Source: an uncultured virus (IMG/VR IMGVR_UViG_3300032073_000002) (lineage: Duplodnaviria > Heunggongvirae > Uroviricota > Caudoviricetes). From it: a stretch of DNA of 64,000 nucleotides. The DNA lies in IMG/VR virus record IMGVR_UViG_3300032073_000002. One strand, 5' to 3'. Of the stretch, positions 58,617 to 64,000 are shown in pieces (position 1 is the first letter of the stretch; each line of letters starts with the position of its first letter). The translations under genes were made by a program, and so were the position numbers. The notes under the pieces are model-generated. The model saw only the letters and a program-made list of their open reading frames with translations. It ran no database searches and was not told where the DNA came from.

Positions 58617-58997
58617 ATGAGCGATATGGATAAATTTCAAGGCGACATGAGTCGTAACGAAGTAGAAATTGACTTGAAAAAGTTTATGAGTATGGTTTCT
58701 GAAATCGGTGATTTGAAACAGGAAATCTTTGAACTAACTCAAGAAGATAGAAAGAACCCTTGGCAGAAATGGATATTTGCAGCCAAGACAATTGATGCAT
58801 GGAGAATTATACCTCGTGCATTCCTAGGTATTTATATGTACCTATTATATTATGCGACCTTTTGGTTTATGGACTTGGCAGACCCAACCCTTGAACAGTC
58901 GGGATTAATTTCCGTACTAGTGGGTGCTGGAGCTGCATGGTTTGGTCTATACACTTCAAGTGCAGCGAAAGAACACGGTGACCAAAACCCCAATTAG
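58617..58997 (+). CDS. Two-TM membrane protein (possible holin)
   Basis: IDAWRIIPRAFLGIYMYLLYYATFWFM and SGLISVLVGAGAAWFGLY hydrophobic helices. Confidence 0.55.
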   Translation: MSDMDKFQGDMSRNEVEIDLKKFMSMVSEIGDLKQEIFELTQEDRKNPWQKWIFAAKTIDAWRIIPRAFLGIYMYLLYYATFWFMDLADPTLEQSGLISVLVGAGAAWFGLYTSSAAKEHGDQNPN

Positions 58998-59008
58998 GAA
59001 AATCATAA

Positions 59009-61261
59009 ATGGCTGAGACCAACGCAGATATAAAGAATTTTACAGAAGGTTTAATTGGAAGCTTGAACAGGGTAACAACTGGTCTTGCTTTCAAGCAGTC
59101 TGCTGAAATAATTAAAGCAAACGAAAGAATGAAAGAGTCTCAAGAAAGACTCGCTCGTAGGCAAGAAACACATCAAGAAAAGGTCGAAGCACAACAAGAA
59201 AAATTCGATAAGTCTCGTGAGAAGATTATGCAAAAACACGCAAATAATCAAACTCAACGAGACATAGAATTATACAAACTAGACAATAGAAGAAATGATG
59301 CAACTAAAGAATTGGTTGACGATTTTGATAAGTTTAAAAAATCATTAAGTGAAGGTAACGACTTAGAGAAAGACCACATCGAAAACCTTAAATCTCAAGG
59401 TAGTATGAATACTGGTATAGACGGAATGTCTTCTGGCATTGATGATATGGTTAAAGGTATTGAAGGTTTGACATTTGGTCTAGTAGACTTAAGTGGTAGT
59501 TCTAATAAACTAACTAATTTCTTTAAAGGGATTGTTAGTTTAGGTGTTGGTTTAATAAGTTTCTTAGGAAGTCTAGGTGAGACTGTTGTACTATTAACAG
59601 ACCACTTAAAAGTCTTTGATAGAAAAATAAAAATTACTAGAACAGGGGGAGCGCCAGGTACAGTACCTAGTGGTATCACTGGCATGGGTGAAGATTTTGT
59701 TGGCCCTGTTAACCCCAATGCAGCTACATCATCAGAAGATATTATTGAATCATCGGTTGTTGATTTTGCAACCCCATTAGGTAAGAAAGCAGGCAGTTTC
59801 TTTAAAGGCATCAAAGATGGAATCGGTGGTGTCCTTGATACAGTAAGTCCACAAAACATCAAAAAGCAATTTGATGTTGCAACCAAGACATTTGCTAAAG
59901 GAGCAAGCATTGTTGCAAATGTAACACCTACTGAAAGTGAAGAACGAAGACCTCTCCAAGAAACATTGCCGGGCATGGAGAAATCACCCCAAGATAAATC
60001 AGCTGAGTTCCTATCTACATACAAAAGTGATTCTGTTCCAATAGAAGCAGCTGGTGCAATATCTGATATGTTAAATGGAATTAAAAATTCTCTTAGAAGT
60101 TCATTTTCGTTTGGTGATACAGACAAACAAGCAGAAGCTGGTGAGATGATGGAAGAAAATTTCTCACAGATGAAAGGTCATGCTGAAAACTTTAGAGGCT
60201 TAGTGTTTGGTGAAGGTTCTATGTTTGCTAAAATTACTGGTGGATTTGGAGATGCATTAAATTTCTATGGTGAGAGTGTTAATAAGGTAGGCAATACGGT
60301 TATTGGATTTGGGAAATCAGTTGGCCAGTTCTTCAGTAGTGGAGAAAATATGAAAGCTGGGGTGGCGTCTTTCGCTGCATCTTCATGGTCATTTCTTAAA
60401 TCTGCATTAAAGTTTGTTCCTGCTGTATTAGGATTCGTTGTTGCAACCACTATGTTTGTGGGTTCAATGATTGTTGCATCCTTACCATTCATTGCAATGG
60501 GATTATTAATTGCAGTTGGAGTTGCTTTACTCGTTGGAGCTGTAGTTGCAGTATTTAATAAGTTCCCTATCATAGGTGAGACTTTATCTACAGTATTTGG
60601 TTTTGTATTTGATACCATTAGTGGTATAGTCAATGTTATTATGGATGTCTTCAGCAATATATGGGGAGCCATAACAGACATCTTCGGTGGATTCATCGAT
60701 ATGTTTAGCGCTGCATTCAGTGGTGATTTTGGTGGTATTTTTGATGGTCTAATGAAGATAATAGGTGGAGTCTTTGATTTATTCTTAGCACCATTTAGAG
60801 CAATCTTCGATGGTATAGCAGGATTTGTTAATTCACTATTACCCGATTGGGCAAAAGACATGTTAGGGGGTGATACTGCTTCTGCAGAAGAGAGTGGTCT
60901 CTACGATAAAAACAGAATAGGTAAATCTACTGTAGATGCATCTATGATATCTGGCGCTCCAACTAAAGACTTAATGGCCATTGTTTCACACAATGATTTA
61001 TCTGAAGAAGACATGGCACTAGTTAAGGCAGAACTTGATTCAAGGAATATAGGTCTTGAAGGTACTCCTATGACTGGTGAAGAATTAAAAGAACAAAGAG
61101 AAGCATCTAAAGCTGCAATGGATGGTGGAACACAAAACAACACTGCAGTTGCACAACAAAACACTAATAACAATGTAACTAATAATGCATTCTCACAATC
61201 ACCTAATCCTAGACCAACTGATTCTACAATTGGAAGAACTGCAGCTGTAAATCTAAATTAA
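59009..61261 (+). CDS. Tape-measure-like protein (gp29 position)
   Basis: N-terminal coiled coil, hydrophobic TM-like segment and Phe/Gly periodic repeats; lies downstream of gp26/gp51. Confidence 0.65.
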   Translation: MAETNADIKNFTEGLIGSLNRVTTGLAFKQSAEIIKANERMKESQERLARRQETHQEKVEAQQEKFDKSREKIMQKHANNQTQRDIELYKLDNRRNDATKELVDDFDKFKKSLSEGNDLEKDHIENLKSQGSMNTGIDGMSSGIDDMVKGIEGLTFGLVDLSGSSNKLTNFFKGIVSLGVGLISFLGSLGETVVLLTDHLKVFDRKIKITRTGGAPGTVPSGITGMGEDFVGPVNPNAATSSEDIIESSVVDFATPLGKKAGSFFKGIKDGIGGVLDTVSPQNIKKQFDVATKTFAKGASIVANVTPTESEERRPLQETLPGMEKSPQDKSAEFLSTYKSDSVPIEAAGAISDMLNGIKNSLRSSFSFGDTDKQAEAGEMMEENFSQMKGHAENFRGLVFGEGSMFAKITGGFGDALNFYGESVNKVGNTVIGFGKSVGQFFSSGENMKAGVASFAASSWSFLKSALKFVPAVLGFVVATTMFVGSMIVASLPFIAMGLLIAVGVALLVGAVVAVFNKFPIIGETLSTVFGFVFDTISGIVNVIMDVFSNIWGAITDIFGGFIDMFSAAFSGDFGGIFDGLMKIIGGVFDLFLAPFRAIFDGIAGFVNSLLPDWAKDMLGGDTASAEESGLYDKNRIGKSTVDASMISGAPTKDLMAIVSHNDLSEEDMALVKAELDSRNIGLEGTPMTGEELKEQREASKAAMDGGTQNNTAVAQQNTNNNVTNNAFSQSPNPRPTDSTIGRTAAVNLN

Positions 61262-61474
61262 TTCAGGCCCTTTAAGCATATCTGCTTTAGTCATTGCCTT
61301 TCTGTTATATTTTGTTTTATCTTTTTGAACTTGAGTAAGTCCATGTGAAGGTGTAACCTTTCTAACCTTTACTTCAGTTTTTTTACCAAAGATAGTATCC
61401 CAGTTATCTGAGTATAATTTCTCGTTAGAATTCCTACGTTGTGAACCCTTGCCACCGTGCCATTGTTTTGCCAT
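61253..61474 (-). CDS. Small basic hypothetical protein
   Basis: WHGGKGSQRR..YSDNWDTIFGKK..KDKTKYNRK; follows bS21 in the same orientation. Confidence 0.65.
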   Translation of the reverse strand: MAKQWHGGKGSQRRNSNEKLYSDNWDTIFGKKTEVKVRKVTPSHGLTQVQKDKTKYNRKAMTKADMLKGPELI

Positions 61475-61478
61475 GTCA

Positions 61479-61724
61479 TCAACCTAACGGCCCTCTAAAT
61501 CCACGTCGTCCCATTGATGCTCTTTTTGCATCTAACTTCTTACGTCTCTTCAAGTCTTGGTTTCTTTGATTCCTAATTGTATTAGGTTTGATGTGATACT
61601 TTCTATCACGACATTCTTGAACTATACCTGCTTTCTCACAATCCTTTTTGAATCTGCGAAGTAGTTGGTCGAACCCTTCTACGTTCCGATTCTTTGGATT
61701 TATTTTAGGTGTTACACTAGGCAT
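61479..61724 (-). CDS. rpsU: Phage-encoded ribosomal protein bS21
   Basis: [36 protein letters not shown] matches the bS21 signature (LRRFKR.CEKAG...R.RE.YEKPT). Confidence 0.9.
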   Translation of the reverse strand: MPSVTPKINPKNRNVEGFDQLLRRFKKDCEKAGIVQECRDRKYHIKPNTIRNQRNQDLKRRKKLDAKRASMGRRGFRGPLG

Positions 61725-61742
61725 AATTATTCTCTAATAGAT

Positions 61743-61899
61743 GTGAAGTCACCCCACGCTTTACAGCAACCCGTTCTTCACCGACCAATCCGCTATATGC
61801 TATTGACCTTTCCCTTACTGAGTACCCCCAATCATTTTCCACGGTCTCAGTGTGTAGTCGTCTTATTTTCAAGGACACATTTTGAATAAACACGACTAC
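61743..61899 (-). ncRNA. Candidate structured RNA in the gp32-bS21 intergenic region
   Basis: Four consecutive stem-loops in a relatively GC-rich, roughly 195-nt gap; no family recognised. Confidence 0.4.
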
Positions 61900-61921
61900 C
61901 CCATTGTAAGAAACTCAACTA

Positions 61922-62821
61922 CTAACTATCAGCAGCCAGTTTCTTAAAGTAGTCCATCGCATCATCTTCTTCCACTTGGGGAGCAGATTCTGCTGATGCA
62001 ACTACAGGTTCTTCTGCAACTGGAGACGTGTTAACATCTGACCATGGAAGTTCTTCCATATCATCTGCAACTGACTCAGCTGTAGAGTTAGTTACTGCAC
62101 CTGTTAATCCAAGAACTCTATCGAGTTTCTCTTTTAACTCTTCGTAAGATTTAAACTCACTTGGTGCAATAATTCCACTTAAGCTATGTAGGTTGTTTAC
62201 CACATCTACAAGCTTTTGCTCATCATCAAATAAAGGTGCTTGTGAATCGAACTCTGATTTATCATAGTTCCAGTATCCGTCAACTTTTCTGATTTTAATC
62301 TTGAAGTTGGCACCTTCGTCTCTGAGGTCAAAAGGATTGATTGCTTTCTCATCTTCAAATGCTGGTGAGATTGCTTCCTTGAGTGCTTCAAAGATTTTTT
62401 TACCATATCTGTACTTAAACACTTTACCTTCGTTAGCAGGATTTTTAGGGTCTGAGATAACAAGGATGTTAGACACATAATGTAAACGTCTTTTCTGTTT
62501 ACGTGCTTGGTCTTTGTTTGCCTCAACACCAGTATTCCATAACTGAGTATTGTATTCAGACACAGGGTCTTGTTTATTAAGAGTCGTTAAAGACTTCTCA
62601 ATATACCATCCACCTGGCCCTTGGAAACCGTGGTCGAAGTATGATACCCATGGCATCTCTTCACCCTCGGGGGTAGGTAAGAAACGAACTACAGCGTAAC
62701 CGTTACCACTCTTATCGAGTTCGGGTTTCCACATAGTGTCGTCTGAGTAGGATTTTTTTTCTCCGCCTGTTGGGGAAGCTGATTCCATTGCAGCTCTTAG
62801 TTTATCTAAACTACTTGACAT
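61922..62821 (-). CDS. gp32: Single-stranded DNA-binding protein
   Basis: DKSGNGYAVVRFLP, HGFQGPGGWYIEKSLTT, YGKKIF, GANFKIKIRKVDGYWNYDKSEF and an acidic tail. Confidence 0.97.
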   Translation of the reverse strand: MSSSLDKLRAAMESASPTGGEKKSYSDDTMWKPELDKSGNGYAVVRFLPTPEGEEMPWVSYFDHGFQGPGGWYIEKSLTTLNKQDPVSEYNTQLWNTGVEANKDQARKQKRRLHYVSNILVISDPKNPANEGKVFKYRYGKKIFEALKEAISPAFEDEKAINPFDLRDEGANFKIKIRKVDGYWNYDKSEFDSQAPLFDDEQKLVDVVNNLHSLSGIIAPSEFKSYEELKEKLDRVLGLTGAVTNSTAESVADDMEELPWSDVNTSPVAEEPVVASAESAPQVEEDDAMDYFKKLAADS

Positions 62822-62869
62822 TGTATTCTCCTATTTTATTACAATTGTATCGCATTTTATCGCATATTA

Positions 62870-63601
62870 TCAAGATACTTCAGATGGGTGTCCCACCCCA
62901 AGTATCCACTTTTCACTATTTTCATAGTTAAGTTCATTATACTCTACTTTCACAAAACCTTCAAGAGGCTTTTTCCAATAGACATTAATGTTTTCATACT
63001 CCTTTAATAGAGCAAGAAACTGTTGTTGTTGAGTATGGAAGACTCTATCGTCTTCTGAATAAACAACCTTGTATTTATACAAGCCAGACTCAGCAAATAT
63101 ATTACTGGGGTCATTATGTTCAAGTGCATCGAATCCTATTAGACATATGTCTTTGTAACCGTTTTCGATTGCATATCCTAATGCACTCATTCCACCAAAT
63201 AGATTCTTAAGCTTAGGATTATTATACATAACTATGTTATTCCCATAGTCCCCGCTAATACCTATAAAGAAACATTCCTTTCCGTCGTAACTTCCTTGGA
63301 CTGAAAACTCCGTATCTCCGTCCTTCCTAATCTCATAGAAGTTATCATATTCACCAATACCCATCTTCATCATATCCCACATTTCAATCGGGACGGTCTC
63401 GAACTCGGCAAATGCAACTTTGTTTGTTTTATAGTATTCTTCGTCTACAATTTTTGCTTGAACTTCTATATCAATTGCAAATAGTAAGTCGGGTTTAACA
63501 ATATTATTTGATACTGCATTAAAACCCCACCACTCTTTATCTTTGAATTCTTCCCAGTCTACATTCTTCTGACTAGGGCCATTCCCTATTAAGTAGAGCA
63601 T
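62870..63601 (-). CDS. Putative CMP-sugar-dependent glycosyltransferase (CstII/GT42- or GT29-like fold)
   Basis: N-terminal LIGNGPSQKNVD..WWGFNA and GGMSALGYAIENGYKDICLIGFD resemble sialyltransferase-fold motifs. Confidence 0.6.
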   Translation of the reverse strand: MLYLIGNGPSQKNVDWEEFKDKEWWGFNAVSNNIVKPDLLFAIDIEVQAKIVDEEYYKTNKVAFAEFETVPIEMWDMMKMGIGEYDNFYEIRKDGDTEFSVQGSYDGKECFFIGISGDYGNNIVMYNNPKLKNLFGGMSALGYAIENGYKDICLIGFDALEHNDPSNIFAESGLYKYKVVYSEDDRVFHTQQQQFLALLKEYENINVYWKKPLEGFVKVEYNELNYENSEKWILGVGHPSEVS

Positions 63602-64000
63602 ATTTCTAGAAGCTTCTTTTTGTATTTCTGTTGGTCATATGATATGAATGACTTGTACTTGTTAATTCTAATGTGTAAGTCGGGATACACTACCTTCTCT
63701 GAGATAAGTGCTTCCCAATCTTTAGTGAAACCAATTATTTCATCCATGATGCAAATGGTTTCTAAACTTACATCCTTACTCATGTAAGCTTTAAGTAATC
63801 TAGGGTGTTGACCGTCGACTACTTTAAGTTGTGTCTGAATCTTGAACTTTCGTATCAAGTCATTCACTTCTGTTTCAAACATATAACCTAATTTCTGATT
63901 ACGTTTCTTCCATTCACGATATCTCTTATCACATTCTTTATCTAGAAGGTCACCCGCCCAGAAATCTTTATATGATAGATTTGCAATATAGAAATCTTGT
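63589..64000 (-). CDS. gp59: Helicase loader (5' end outside the window)
   Basis: Frame is open to the window edge: DFYIANL..WAGDL..YREWKKRNQKLGYMFETEV..GQHPRLLKAYM..VSLETI..KYKSF; upstream of gp32. Confidence 0.88.
   Translation of the reverse strand, partial: QDFYIANLSYKDFWAGDLLDKECDKRYREWKKRNQKLGYMFETEVNDLIRKFKIQTQLKVVDGQHPRLLKAYMSKDVSLETICIMDEIIGFTKDWEALISEKVVYPDLHIRINKYKSFISYDQQKYKKKLLEICST

Noticed and set aside
61730..61920. tRNA gene in the gp32-bS21 gap
   Set aside because: No cloverleaf with a TTCRA T-loop and acceptor stem could be assembled on either strand.
62822..62870. Short TATCGCAT duplication upstream of gp32 as an autoregulatory operator
   Set aside because: Only two 8-bp copies in AT-rich sequence; plausible by analogy to T4 gene 32 but too weak to call.

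Overview
This AT-rich 64-kb window is the virion-structure region of a large T4-like myovirus, similar in style to marine pelagi-/cyanomyophages; its bS21 sequence hints at a beta/gammaproteobacterial host. The minus strand carries gp59 (partial), a CMP-sugar transferase-like gene, gp32, ribosomal protein bS21, the baseplate genes (gp48, gp53, hub, gp5, gp25, gp6, gp7, gp8), a 2255-aa VrlC-like protein, a long fibre cluster, a glycosyltransferase/2OG-Fe(II) oxygenase cassette, gp13, gp14, an acyl carrier protein, gp15-gp22 and gp23 (partial). The plus strand carries gp4, a HAD phosphatase, KdsB, a ParB-like protein, gp2, gp54, gp26/gp51 and a tape-measure-like gene. TATAAATA late promoters occur throughout. 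The standout observation concerns two pairs of adjacent Pro-rich repeat proteins (21120-19363 with 19324-17702, and 31571-29829 with 29829-28657). They are built from a small alphabet of 6-, 8- and 10-residue modules, and in each pair one protein is the module-level 'reverse complement' of the other under a fixed pairing rule. Hand parsing gives 69/69 and 43/43 matching module lengths over 512 and 332 residues. This points to sequence-programmed antiparallel protein duplex fibres. Also notable are a likely -1 frameshift fusing gp26 to gp51, a dispersed CMP-ulosonate glycosylation pathway, an ACP coupled between neck genes and a structured RNA upstream of bS21. All family assignments come from motif recognition and synteny, not database searches.
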